Source: Clostridia bacterium (lineage in GTDB: Bacteria; Bacillota; Clostridia; Oscillospirales; Acutalibacteraceae). From it: 64,000 nucleotides of DNA. The DNA is taken from positions 25,197-89,196 of the forward strand of contig JAFXGK010000014.1 in the NCBI GenBank assembly GCA_017513245.1, in the 5' to 3' direction. Made by a program: the position numbers and the translations under genes. Position 1 is the first letter of the stretch. Each line of letters starts with the position of its first letter. Positions 17,338-27,166 of this stretch are shown here, piece after piece. The notes beneath the pieces are model-generated. The model searched no databases. It was given only the letters and a program-made list of their open reading frames with translations, and was not told where the DNA came from.

Positions 17338-18120
17338 TTAATAAGCCTTAAAGCCTAAATCTGCAAGTGTTAACTTTACGCCCTCGTTTTTGAAGCACGA
17401 ATCAGTCAAAGATAAAAGCGTGTGGAAGAGGTTGTCCAGCTCGGCATCCTTACAAACCTTGGTGGTCTTGGTGAGCTTGGCAATATCAAACTTGCCGCTT
17501 TCGCTTTTGGTGGCATACTCGATTTTGTAGGTAGCCTTTGTAATGTTTATTTCGTAACTAAACTTGTTACCGTTATCGAAACCACTCTTTCTAAGAACAA
17601 AGTTGTTGTAATAATCGAGAATTATATAAACGTCGTGGGGCGCCATAAGATATTCGGAACTCATGGCGGCGCCGTCCGAGCCCTTGGACTTAATTACGTT
17701 GCTCAGATAGTCAAAAACCTTTTCGGGGTTAATGCGGTCACACTTGGTGCAGAAATCACCCGAAAAATTGTGGGCAAAATCTATTTCCTCGGTGTAGGTA
17801 TCGCCGCAGGCGCAGGTGTAGGTTACCGAGCCCTTTTTGGTGCAGGTAGCGGCAACAGTTTTGGTCTTATAGTCGTGGGTGTGCTCGTTCTTGCCGTCAC
17901 CCTTATCGGTCGAAGGCTTGCTCGATTCTTCTTCCTTGCTGCTTACAGGCTTATCGTCCTTGTCATCCTTATCGTTGGCCGGCTCGCTCGAAGAGGGCGC
18001 GTCGGTGTTTTCCGTTTCGGATGAAGTGTCGTCAATGCGGATAACGGTGGTCTCACTGCCGCAAGCGCAGAGTGAGAATATAAGTAACAGTGCTAATAAA
18101 AGTGCAGAAAGCTTTTTCAT
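17338..18120 (-). CDS. lipoprotein with an acidic low-complexity linker and a Cys-rich module
   Basis: MKKLSALLLALLLIFSLCACGS lipobox. AAGGAGA RBS before the ATG at 18120. CTKKGSVTYTCACGDTY...FCTKCDR cysteine cluster. The longer ORF extending to 18462 has no RBS. Confidence 0.75.
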   Translation of the reverse strand: MKKLSALLLALLLIFSLCACGSETTVIRIDDTSSETENTDAPSSSEPANDKDDKDDKPVSSKEEESSKPSTDKGDGKNEHTHDYKTKTVAATCTKKGSVTYTCACGDTYTEEIDFAHNFSGDFCTKCDRINPEKVFDYLSNVIKSKGSDGAAMSSEYLMAPHDVYIILDYYNNFVLRKSGFDNGNKFSYEINITKATYKIEYATKSESGKFDIAKLTKTTKVCKDAELDNLFHTLLSLTDSCFKNEGVKLTLADLGFKAY

Positions 18121-18318
18121 TTTCAGGTCTCCTTTTTGTGGATTACAAAATGATTTTATCATAAAATCCTGCCCAATACAACGACAAATTAGGGCATTTT
18201 TTGCCACGAAACAAAGCATTATTTTACTTTTTGTGTTTTGAAAATTTTCCTCTCGCATAATAAAGGCGTTGTAAACCGCGTAAAAATATGTTATTTTATC
18301 ATAAAAGGAGGGGTGAAA

Positions 18319-18684
18319 ATGCCGCTTACGGAAAGACCGGTGCACATATATGAACCAACGCCGCTGCAGTGCGGTCAGGCGGTGCTTGCCATGCTTTCGG
18401 GCGAGAGTGTTGAAAACGTAATAAACATCTGCGGAACCGACCGCGAAACCACCCTTCGCCAAATGTTTTCTACCCTCGAAAATCTGGGCATTTCCTATAG
18501 CCGCGAAAGGGTAGAGGTAAAGGAAAAAAGCGCCCTTCCGAGGGTCTGCATTCTAAGCCTCGAAACGCCTAAATGCTGGCATTGGTCGTTATATTTTGAC
18601 GGCGTTTTTTACGACCCCGAATACGGCGTTTTATCCGATTTTCCGCCGTCTGACCGCCGCTATTATTTCGAAATACTGTCCTAA
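18319..18684 (+). CDS. small stand-alone papain-fold (C39-like) cysteine peptidase domain protein
   Basis: AAGGAGGGG RBS. 121 aa. LQCGQAVLAML (Gln-Cys nucleophile context), then HWSLYFDGVFYDPEYG (His...Asp). Confidence 0.5.
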   Translation: MPLTERPVHIYEPTPLQCGQAVLAMLSGESVENVINICGTDRETTLRQMFSTLENLGISYSRERVEVKEKSALPRVCILSLETPKCWHWSLYFDGVFYDPEYGVLSDFPPSDRRYYFEILS

Positions 18685-18686
18685 AG

Positions 18687-18719
18687 AAACCCGCAAAATT
18701 TTGCGGGTTTTATTTTTTT
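18687..18719 (+). terminator. intrinsic terminator
   Basis: aaacccgcaaaa/ttttgcgggttt perfect stem followed by a T-run. Confidence 0.75.
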
Positions 18720-18764
18720 GTTTAAAAATGTTATTAAAAGTCTAAATTATATATAAATATTAAC

Positions 18765-18793
18765 TTGACATAGCGGCACGAAAACATTAAAAT
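18765..18793 (+). promoter_or_regulatory. sigma-A promoter for RNase J (TTGACA-17 nt-TAAAAT)
   Basis: TTGACA at 18765-18770 and TAAAAT at 18788-18793. Confidence 0.5.
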
Positions 18794-18866
18794 TATTCTG
18801 GATATTTATTACTAATGATATTATGAGATTGATATACATATTTCACTTAAGGAGGAAATTGCTTTA

Positions 18867-20714
18867 ATGCCGAAAACGACAGAAAACAAGGCTAAGAAGA
18901 AGTATACAAAAGCCGGCAATAACGAAAAGCAAAACAAGAAAGAAAAAGTAAATAAGTCCAAAAAAGGCGATATCAAGAAAACCAATGCTAACAAGCCTAC
19001 ATCCCAAAAGAAGGGAAAGGGCGCGCCCAAGAAGGATACGGCGCAGCAGAAAAAGGCTCCCAAGATGCGCATAATTCCGCTCGGCGGACTCGGCGAAATC
19101 GGTAAGAACCTAACCCTTTACGATTATGCAGGCAGCATGTTCATCGTCGACTGCGGAATGACCTTCCCTGACGAGGACACCCCGGGTATCGACGTTATCA
19201 TACCCGACTTTGATTACCTTGAAAAAAACAAAGACAAGATAAAAGGTCTTGTAATAACCCACGGCCACGAGGACCATATAGGCGCCGTTCCGTATCTGCT
19301 CAAAAAGATAAATATCCCGATATACGGAACACGCTTAAGCCTCGGCCTTATCGAGGGAAAACTTCGTGAGCACAAGATGCTGGGTGAAGCCAAGCTCAAC
19401 ACCGTTGACGCAGGCGCCACTATTAAACTCGGCGCATTCACCGTTGAGTTTATCCACGTAAACCATTCCATTCCCGGCGCGGTTGCGCTGGCAATCAGCT
19501 GCCCCGCAGGAACGGTGGTACAAACCGGCGACTTTAAAATCGATACAACGCCGATCGACGATAAAATGATCGATCTTGCCCGATTTGCGGAGCTGGGCAG
19601 GGAGGGCGTGCTTGCGCTGCTTTCCGACTCGACCAATGCCGAACGCCCCGGATTCACTTCATCCGAGCGACTGGTCGGCGAATCCTTCTCAACCTTGTTT
19701 AAAAAGGCTGAGGGTCACCGTATCATCGTTGCGACCTTCTCGTCCAACATTCACCGTATTCAGCAGATAATCGACGAGGCAGTCCGTTGCGGCCGTAAGG
19801 TTGCCGTATCGGGCCGCAGTATGATAAACGTTGTTGCGGTTGCATCCGAGCTTGGATACCTTAAGGTGCCCGACGGCGTAATTATCGAAATCGAAACGAT
19901 AAAGAATTATCCGCCTGAAAAACTCGTTATCGTAACAACGGGAAGTCAGGGCGAGCCTATGTCGGCGCTTCACCGTATGGCCTATTCCGACCATAGACAG
20001 GTCGAAATCATACCCGGAGATATGATAATCATATCCGCCACCCCCATTCCGGGTAACGAAAAGTTCGTAAACCGCGTCGTTAACGAGCTTATGAAACGCG
20101 GCGCAAACGTGGTATACGAAAAGATGTACGACGTGCACGTTTCGGGCCACGCCTGCCGTGAGGAGCTTAAGATAATCTTAAGTCTTGTAAAACCGCAGTA
20201 TTATATCCCACTCCACGGCGAGCAAAAGCACCTTGTTAAGAATGCTCAGCTGGGTGAAGCAATGGGAATACCCAAAGAAAATATAGTAATAGCAACCATC
20301 GGCAACGTAATCGAGCTGTCCCGCAAAAAAGCCAAGATTATCGACACTGTTCAGGCGGGTCGAGTTTTGGTTGACGGCCTAGGCGTAGGTGACGTTGGCG
20401 GCACGGTGCTTCGTGACCGTAAGCATCTCGCAGAGGACGGCGTTATAGTGATTACCGTAACGATGGACAGCATAACGGGTGAGGTCTTGGCAGGCCCCGA
20501 AATTATATCGCGCGGATTTATATACGTTCGCGAATCGGAGGATATGATGGACGGTGCCCACGAAGCCGCCTGTGACGCTCTCGAGCAATGCTATATTAAA
20601 AACATTCGTGATATGAACACGGTAAAAACCCGTATGCGTGATGCGGTTTCTCGTTATCTTTACGAGCAAACCCGACGCAGTCCGATGATTTTACCGATAA
20701 TTATGTACGTGTAA
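18867..20714 (+). CDS. rnj: ribonuclease J with a 66-aa Lys-rich N-terminal extension
   Basis: Metallo-beta-lactamase/beta-CASP motifs ([16 protein letters not shown]). AAGGAGG RBS before 18867. The canonical core starts at [15 protein letters not shown] (19065). Confidence 0.9.
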   Translation: MPKTTENKAKKKYTKAGNNEKQNKKEKVNKSKKGDIKKTNANKPTSQKKGKGAPKKDTAQQKKAPKMRIIPLGGLGEIGKNLTLYDYAGSMFIVDCGMTFPDEDTPGIDVIIPDFDYLEKNKDKIKGLVITHGHEDHIGAVPYLLKKINIPIYGTRLSLGLIEGKLREHKMLGEAKLNTVDAGATIKLGAFTVEFIHVNHSIPGAVALAISCPAGTVVQTGDFKIDTTPIDDKMIDLARFAELGREGVLALLSDSTNAERPGFTSSERLVGESFSTLFKKAEGHRIIVATFSSNIHRIQQIIDEAVRCGRKVAVSGRSMINVVAVASELGYLKVPDGVIIEIETIKNYPPEKLVIVTTGSQGEPMSALHRMAYSDHRQVEIIPGDMIIISATPIPGNEKFVNRVVNELMKRGANVVYEKMYDVHVSGHACREELKIILSLVKPQYYIPLHGEQKHLVKNAQLGEAMGIPKENIVIATIGNVIELSRKKAKIIDTVQAGRVLVDGLGVGDVGGTVLRDRKHLAEDGVIVITVTMDSITGEVLAGPEIISRGFIYVRESEDMMDGAHEAACDALEQCYIKNIRDMNTVKTRMRDAVSRYLYEQTRRSPMILPIIMYV

Positions 20715-20725
20715 GGAGAATAAAA

Positions 20726-21166
20726 ATGAAGGTAATTTTACTTGCAGATGTAAAAGGCCACGGCAAAAAGGGCGAGCTTTGCAACGTATCCGACGGATAC
20801 GCCCGCAACTTCCTTTTCCCCAAGAAACTGGCTATCGAGGCTGACAGCGCCGCTATGGGCGAGTTCAAGAGCAAGCAGGCCGCTGCCGACCACCACAAAG
20901 CAGAAGAAAAGGCTGCCGCGCAAGCGGTAGCCGACAAGATAAACGGCAAGAGCGTAACCCTAAAGGCCAAAGCAGGCGCTTCGGGCAAGCTCTTCGGCGC
21001 AGTTACCTCCAAGGAAGTAACCGCTGAGATAAACAAGGTCTTCTCGGTTTCCATCGATAAGAAAAAGGTATCGATGAACGATATTAAGGCCTTCGGCACC
21101 TACAGTGCAGAGGTTAAACTTTATAACGGCATTACAGCAACGGTAAGCGTAGTTGTAGCCGAGTAG
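20726..21166 (+). CDS. rplI: 50S ribosomal protein L9
   Basis: [18 protein letters not shown]...GYARNFLFP signature; 146 aa. Confidence 0.95.
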   Translation: MKVILLADVKGHGKKGELCNVSDGYARNFLFPKKLAIEADSAAMGEFKSKQAAADHHKAEEKAAAQAVADKINGKSVTLKAKAGASGKLFGAVTSKEVTAEINKVFSVSIDKKKVSMNDIKAFGTYSAEVKLYNGITATVSVVVAE

Positions 21167-21175
21167 GAGAATAAA

Positions 21176-22552
21176 ATGGCAGAAGAAAAACTCGTTCTGG
21201 ATTTAGAGGGAAGAAAACTTCCGTATTCGGTTGAGGCCGAGCAGGCGGTTTTAGGATCTATCCTTATCGATCCTCCCAGCATTAATATTGTTGCGCCCCA
21301 GCTTAAACCCGAGTTCTTTTATATTCCGCAGCACAAAGAGATTTATCGCGTGCTTACCCATATGCTTGAACTGGGCGGCAACACGATAGACTTTGTTACC
21401 GTGCTTGAAAAGCTGAAAAGCGAGGGTGTGTACGACGAAGCAGGCGGCAAGGCTTATCTTTCGCAGTTGGCTCAGGCAGTGCCCTCGTCGGCCAACATTC
21501 TTACATACGTCGGCATAATACGTGACCGTTATTATGCTCGTTCGCTTATGCTTGCGGCGCAGAAGATTATAAAGGACGTTGAGGAAAACGCCAAGGATTC
21601 TTCCGATTTGCTGGATGCCGCCGAGCAGAGCATCTACGACATCCGCGAGGGTATCGACTTTACCGGTCTTACCCATATTAAGGATGTTATCTCGGGCGAG
21701 ACTTTTGAGAGGCTCAGCAAAATAAACGACCCTGCAACCCGCGACGATTATATAGGAATTCCCACCGGTATTTCGGCGCTCGACCGCGTAATAACCGGAC
21801 TTAACAAATCCGACCTTATTATTCTCGGCGCCCGTCCCGGTATGGGTAAAACCTCGTTTGCGCTCAATATTGCGCGCAACGTTGCCGTGAACGCAGGTAA
21901 AACGGTATGCTTCTTCAGCCTTGAGATGAGCCGCGACCAGTTGGCACAGCGTATGCTCTCAAGCGAGGCCCCCATAGAGAGCCAAAAACTCCGTACGGGT
22001 GAGCTGACCGAGGACGAATGGACCAAGCTCTTAAAAGCGGGCTCAAATCTTGCAAAAGCCAACCTCTTTTTCGATGAAAGTTCGGGTATTACCGTTCCCG
22101 AAATGCGTGCAAAGCTGCAGCGTATGAAGAAGGTGGACCTCGTAATAATCGACTACCTCGGTCTTATGCATTCTCCTCGCCAGAAGGAAAACCGTGCGCA
22201 GGAGATTTCCGAGATTACCCGTAGCCTTAAGATTATGGCAAAGGACCTTCGCGTTCCTGTAATCGTGTGCGCACAGCTCTCGCGTGCAACCGAGAGCAAA
22301 ACCTTAAAATCTCACCGTCCGGCCCTTTCGGATTTGCGTGATTCGGGTTCTATCGAGCAGGATGCCGATATCGTTTTATTCCTCTACCGTGAGGCATATT
22401 ACGATAGTGAAAAGGCCGACGACGCAGAGCGCAGCGATCCTAACAAGGCCGTTTGTATGGTAGCCAAGAACCGACACGGCTCGGTCGAGGACGTACCCCT
22501 TTATTGGGACGGTGCTCATACAAGGTTTACCTCACAGGATGTGTATCATTAA
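21176..22552 (+). CDS. dnaB: replicative DNA helicase
   Basis: PYSVEAEQAVLGSIL N-terminus, Walker A GARPGMGKTSF and RecA-like C-terminus; 458 aa, with no intein-sized insert. Confidence 0.95.
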   Translation: MAEEKLVLDLEGRKLPYSVEAEQAVLGSILIDPPSINIVAPQLKPEFFYIPQHKEIYRVLTHMLELGGNTIDFVTVLEKLKSEGVYDEAGGKAYLSQLAQAVPSSANILTYVGIIRDRYYARSLMLAAQKIIKDVEENAKDSSDLLDAAEQSIYDIREGIDFTGLTHIKDVISGETFERLSKINDPATRDDYIGIPTGISALDRVITGLNKSDLIILGARPGMGKTSFALNIARNVAVNAGKTVCFFSLEMSRDQLAQRMLSSEAPIESQKLRTGELTEDEWTKLLKAGSNLAKANLFFDESSGITVPEMRAKLQRMKKVDLVIIDYLGLMHSPRQKENRAQEISEITRSLKIMAKDLRVPVIVCAQLSRATESKTLKSHRPALSDLRDSGSIEQDADIVLFLYREAYYDSEKADDAERSDPNKAVCMVAKNRHGSVEDVPLYWDGAHTRFTSQDVYH

Positions 22553-23835
22553 TGTTAAATAAAGTGCTTACGGCAATAAGCCGATATTCGATGCTCTCGG
22601 CAGGGGACAGCGTTACAGTTGCTCTGTCGGGCGGCGCCGATTCGATGGCGTTGCTGCACGTCTTATGCGCAAACCGTGAAAAACTCGGGATTTCGGTTTC
22701 TGCGGCGCACCTGAACCATATGCTGCGTGGCGAGGAATCCGACCGCGACGAAGCCTTTGTCCGCGACTTTTGCGAGCAAAACGGTATACCGCTTGCGGTA
22801 GAGCGCGCCGACGTGGCCGCCTATGCCGAGAAAAACGGTATGGGTATTGAGCAGGCGGCAAGGGCGGTTCGTTACGGTTTTCTATCGCGTGTGAGCGAGG
22901 GTAAAACGGCAACGGCCCACACCGCATCGGATAATGCCGAAACCGTGCTTATAAACCTTACTCGCGGTACGGCGCTTAAGGGCGCCACTGGTATTCCGCC
23001 CGTGCGGGAAGGGTTTATAAGACCGCTTATTTTCTGCACCCGTGCGGAAATTGAGGCTTATTGTAAAGATAATAATCTACCCTTCGTTACCGACAGCACC
23101 AACCTGTCGGACGATTATACGAGAAACAAATTAAGGCACAACGTAATACCAAGGCTTTGCGAACTTAATCCGTCCTTTTTTGCCGCAGTAACCAGATTTA
23201 CGCAGGCAGTGGGGGAGGATAGCGAGTTTCTGGAGTCTATTGCCGACGCCGAATTTGCAAGGCTTTATCAAAACGGCATTTTGGAAATACCGAAGGACAT
23301 GGCTCCTTCAGTTGCCAAACGCCTTATTGCCCGACTGCTGGATATACACTCGGCAGGCGGTGACAGTCTTCACATTTGTGAGATATACGAAGCCTTGGGC
23401 GACGTTACCTGTCGCAGCGTATCGGGTGGAAAGACGGCGCAAATAAACGACCGCAAAATTTCGGTTTCGGACGAAACACGGGAAATAACCTTTACCGTTT
23501 CGGCCGAGAGTATTGATCTTACGAATCCGGAAGAAGCGGCCAAAATTAACAAATTGTTATTAAAAAACGCCGTAGACTGTGATAGAATAGTTGGCAAAGT
23601 GCGGCTTCGCACCCGAGAAGAGGGCGACAGCATAAAGCTTGCAGGCAGGGGAACAAAGAGTCTGAAAAAGCTTTATAACGAGCTTAAAATTCCGCAAAAT
23701 ATGCGGAAAAATCTTCCCGTAGCGGCAGATGATGACGGTGTTATTTGGGTGTGTGGCGCAGGCGTTAGCGAGCGAGTTTGCGTAACGGACGAAACCAAAA
23801 AAATTACCGTGTTTACTTATCAACAATGCGAATAA
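22552..23835 (+). CDS. tilS: tRNA(Ile)-lysidine synthetase
   Basis: The PP-loop VALSGGADSMALLH follows the chosen start. The ATG overlaps the dnaB stop (TAATG). Confidence 0.9.
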   Translation: MLNKVLTAISRYSMLSAGDSVTVALSGGADSMALLHVLCANREKLGISVSAAHLNHMLRGEESDRDEAFVRDFCEQNGIPLAVERADVAAYAEKNGMGIEQAARAVRYGFLSRVSEGKTATAHTASDNAETVLINLTRGTALKGATGIPPVREGFIRPLIFCTRAEIEAYCKDNNLPFVTDSTNLSDDYTRNKLRHNVIPRLCELNPSFFAAVTRFTQAVGEDSEFLESIADAEFARLYQNGILEIPKDMAPSVAKRLIARLLDIHSAGGDSLHICEIYEALGDVTCRSVSGGKTAQINDRKISVSDETREITFTVSAESIDLTNPEEAAKINKLLLKNAVDCDRIVGKVRLRTREEGDSIKLAGRGTKSLKKLYNELKIPQNMRKNLPVAADDDGVIWVCGAGVSERVCVTDETKKITVFTYQQCE

Positions 23836-23865
23836 TAATTTCGCTTATTTTGGGGGATGTTAAAA

Positions 23866-24405
23866 ATGCTTAGAGATGTAGAAAGAGTATTATTATCAGA
23901 AGAGGAAATCGCTGCAAAAATTGCCGAACTCGGTAAGCAGATTTCCGAGGACTATAAGGGCAAAAACCTGCTGCTTATAAGCGTTTTAAAGGGCTCGGTT
24001 GTATTTATGGCCGATCTTATGCGCGCTATAACCATCGACTGTAAAATCGATTTTATGGCAGTTTCTTCTTACGGTGCCGGCACACATAGTTCGGGCAGCG
24101 TAAAGATTATCAAGGACCTTGATATCAACCTCGAGGGATACGACCTTTTGGTTGTTGAGGATATTCTCGATTCGGGTAACACCCTCTCCAAACTTAAGAA
24201 GATTTTGCTTGACCGCAACCCCAAGAGCTTTAAAATCTGCACGTTTTTAGACAAGCCGGATCGCCGTGTAGTTGAGCTTGAAGCCGACTATAAGGGCTTT
24301 ACCATTCCGGATGAGTTCGTAGTAGGCTATGGCCTTGATTACGATGAAAAATACCGTAACTTACCCTGCGTTGGAATTCTCAAGCGCAGTGTTTATGAGA
24401 AATAA
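23866..24405 (+). CDS. hpt: hypoxanthine phosphoribosyltransferase
   Basis: The PRPP loop [14 protein letters not shown]. The ATG at 23866 lies 8 nt after GGGGGA; the ATG at 23857 is an alternative. Confidence 0.9.
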   Translation: MLRDVERVLLSEEEIAAKIAELGKQISEDYKGKNLLLISVLKGSVVFMADLMRAITIDCKIDFMAVSSYGAGTHSSGSVKIIKDLDINLEGYDLLVVEDILDSGNTLSKLKKILLDRNPKSFKICTFLDKPDRRVVELEADYKGFTIPDEFVVGYGLDYDEKYRNLPCVGILKRSVYEK

Positions 24406-24420
24406 CATCCCCGAAAGGAA

Positions 24421-26280
24421 GTGCCTTTTTTGAAGAAGAATTTAAGAAACGTTATTCTCTTCATAATCGTTCCGATAGTGCTTTTGGTTTCGGTTGTTGC
24501 CGTTACCCAGGGTCTCGAAAAGCAGACCGATAAAAAGTACTACGAAATCGTAGATATGATTAAGAATAACGAGGTTTCCGAATATAAGCTTAATCTGTAT
24601 TCGGGTGAGCTTAAGTACCGCTTACGCGCCGATAACAAGATGTACACCTACAAGGTTGCAGAGCCTAACATCTTTTATAACGACGTAAATGAAACGGTAA
24701 TGCAGATCTACGAGGATAACAAGGGAACCGACATGGTAATCAAGTACGATTACGAGCGTGGCGGTGAGACCTCGTGGCTTATCAACATACTGCCGACCCT
24801 CGTTATCATCGTTGTTGTAATTGTTTTCTGGATCATGATCAGCAAGAGAATGAACCAGTCTATGGGCGTTGACCGCACAATGGGTGTGGGCAAGGCCCGC
24901 ATCCGCAAAAATTCCGACCGCCGCAAGACTACCTTTATCGACGTAGCAGGCGCAGATGAGGAGAAGGAAGAGTTAGCAGAAATTGTTGATTTCCTTAAAA
25001 ATCCCAAGAAGTTTAACGAACTTGGCGCCCGTATTCCCAAGGGTGTTCTACTGATGGGCCCTCCCGGAACAGGTAAAACCCTCTTAGCCCGCGCAGTTGC
25101 AGGCGAGGCGGGAGTTCCGTTCCTTACCATTTCGGGCTCGGATTTTGTTGAAATGTTCGTCGGTGTTGGTGCATCGCGAGTTCGCGACCTTTTTGAAGAG
25201 GCTAAAAAGAGCTCGCCCTCCATCATCTTTATCGACGAAATTGATGCCGTTGGTCGTCAGCGCGGCGCCGGTCTCGGCGGCGGAAATGACGAACGCGAGC
25301 AGACCCTTAACCAGCTTCTGGTTGAGATGGACGGCTTCGGTACGAACGAGGGCGTTATCGTTATGGCAGCTACCAACCGTCCCGACGTACTCGACCGAGC
25401 ACTGCTTCGTCCCGGCCGTTTCGACCGTCAGATAACCGTAAACTATCCCGACGTAAAGGGAAGAGAGGATATCCTTAAGGTACACGCCCGCGGTAAGCCT
25501 CTGGGCCCCGACGTTAACCTTAAGACCATAGCAAAATCCACAGCCGGCTTTACCGGTGCCGACCTTGAAAACCTGCTTAACGAGGCAGCCTTGCTTGCCG
25601 CCCGTAAGGGACTTAAGGCCATCACCGAGGAGCAGATAGAAGAGGCTACCATCAAGGTTGTAATGGGTACCGAGAAGAAGTCGCACGTTATAAGCGATAA
25701 GGATAAGATGATAACCTCCTACCACGAGGCAGGTCACGCCATCGTATCCTACTTCCTGCCCACGCAGGACCCCGTTCATCAGATATCCATCATTCCCCGT
25801 GGTATGGCAGCAGGCTACACAATGTACCTGCCCACCGAGGAAAAGGGCCACGTTTCACGCAGCCAGATGTTAGAGCAGATCTGCTCGCTTTTGGCAGGCC
25901 GTGCCGCAGAGCAGCTCACCCAAAACGATATCTGCTCGGGCGCATCTAACGATATTGAGCGTGCTACCGAAATCGCACGCAAGATGATAACCCGCTTCGG
26001 TATGAGCGAAAAACTCGGCCTCGTTACCTACGGTACAAACAATGAGGAGGTATTCCTCGGCCGTGACTTCTCCTCTACGCCGAACTATTCCGATGTAACG
26101 GCAGGTAAGATCGATCAGGAAATATACGACGTAATTACCGCGCAGTATAAGAAGGCTATCGATATTCTTACCGAAAATATGGAAAAACTCAACGAGGTTG
26201 CACGAGTACTCTTCAATGAAGAGAAAATCTCGGGCGAGGACTTCCGCGAGATAATGGAAAATAAGCAGGCAGAGGCTTAA
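24421..26280 (+). CDS. ftsH: ATP-dependent zinc metalloprotease FtsH
   Basis: Two TM segments, AAA+ Walker [12 protein letters not shown], and the HEAGH zinc motif. The start is either the GTG at 24421 or the TTG at 24430. Confidence 0.95.
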   Translation: MPFLKKNLRNVILFIIVPIVLLVSVVAVTQGLEKQTDKKYYEIVDMIKNNEVSEYKLNLYSGELKYRLRADNKMYTYKVAEPNIFYNDVNETVMQIYEDNKGTDMVIKYDYERGGETSWLINILPTLVIIVVVIVFWIMISKRMNQSMGVDRTMGVGKARIRKNSDRRKTTFIDVAGADEEKEELAEIVDFLKNPKKFNELGARIPKGVLLMGPPGTGKTLLARAVAGEAGVPFLTISGSDFVEMFVGVGASRVRDLFEEAKKSSPSIIFIDEIDAVGRQRGAGLGGGNDEREQTLNQLLVEMDGFGTNEGVIVMAATNRPDVLDRALLRPGRFDRQITVNYPDVKGREDILKVHARGKPLGPDVNLKTIAKSTAGFTGADLENLLNEAALLAARKGLKAITEEQIEEATIKVVMGTEKKSHVISDKDKMITSYHEAGHAIVSYFLPTQDPVHQISIIPRGMAAGYTMYLPTEEKGHVSRSQMLEQICSLLAGRAAEQLTQNDICSGASNDIERATEIARKMITRFGMSEKLGLVTYGTNNEEVFLGRDFSSTPNYSDVTAGKIDQEIYDVITAQYKKAIDILTENMEKLNEVARVLFNEEKISGEDFREIMENKQAEA

Positions 26281-26311
26281 TGCATAAGCCTCTCGCCTTA
26301 GGGTGATACAT

Positions 26312-27127
26312 ATGATTTGTGAAAAGATCGAACTCCGCAAAGTTCCCACAGAACATGGTTTTATGCCTTCGGTACATACATATATATTAGACAAGGATCC
26401 CGACGTTGGTCCCCGTCCGATAATTATTGTGTGCCCCGGTGGCGGCTACAGCAACGTTTGCGAAATTTGGGAGGGCGAGCGTGTTGCTCTTGCGTATAAC
26501 GCAATGGGCTTTTGCGCGCTGACTCTCAATTATGCAACCACACCGCACCGCTATCCCGAAGCTCTGCTTAATATCGGCGCTGCCGTTAAGCTGTGCCGCG
26601 ACAGAGCAGAGGAGTGGCAGGTAGATCCTAAAAAGGTAATCGTTCTCGGCTTTTCGGCCGCGGGCCATCTTGCCGCAAATATTTCCACCGAGTGGGATAA
26701 TGCCGAGGTGTTTGGCGAAGAGGCGGTAAAAAACCGCGCCTACCGCCCCGACTATGCCGTGCTGTGCTATCCCGTAATTACCGGTGGCGATGAGCGCCAC
26801 GAGGGTTCTTTTGTGAATCTGTCGGGCAGCAGGGAAGAGAGCGAATGGGTAAAGCACTCCAACGAAAAGCGAGTGAAGCCCACTACTCCGCCTACCTTTA
26901 TTTGGCACACCTTTGAGGACCGCTGCGTTCCCGTTGCAAACAGCCTTCTGTATGCCGAGGCGCTTCGCGTCAACAAGGTGCCCTTTGAGCTGCATATATA
27001 TGAAAAAGGCGACCACGGCCTTTCGCTTTCCACCCAGCGTCTTTATCGAAACAAGCCTGCGCTTGCGCGTAAATATAACTGGGTAGAAAATTCGGTCGAT
27101 TGGCTTTGCGAGCATTTTGAGGATTAG
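26312..27127 (+). CDS. alpha/beta hydrolase (esterase, carbohydrate-esterase-like)
   Basis: CPGGGY oxyanion region, the GFSAAGH nucleophile elbow, and a C-terminal GDHGL. Confidence 0.7.
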   Translation: MICEKIELRKVPTEHGFMPSVHTYILDKDPDVGPRPIIIVCPGGGYSNVCEIWEGERVALAYNAMGFCALTLNYATTPHRYPEALLNIGAAVKLCRDRAEEWQVDPKKVIVLGFSAAGHLAANISTEWDNAEVFGEEAVKNRAYRPDYAVLCYPVITGGDERHEGSFVNLSGSREESEWVKHSNEKRVKPTTPPTFIWHTFEDRCVPVANSLLYAEALRVNKVPFELHIYEKGDHGLSLSTQRLYRNKPALARKYNWVENSVDWLCEHFED

Positions 27128-27166
27128 CTTGCTTAAACGTTTATTGCAAGAATATAGGAGCTTGTT

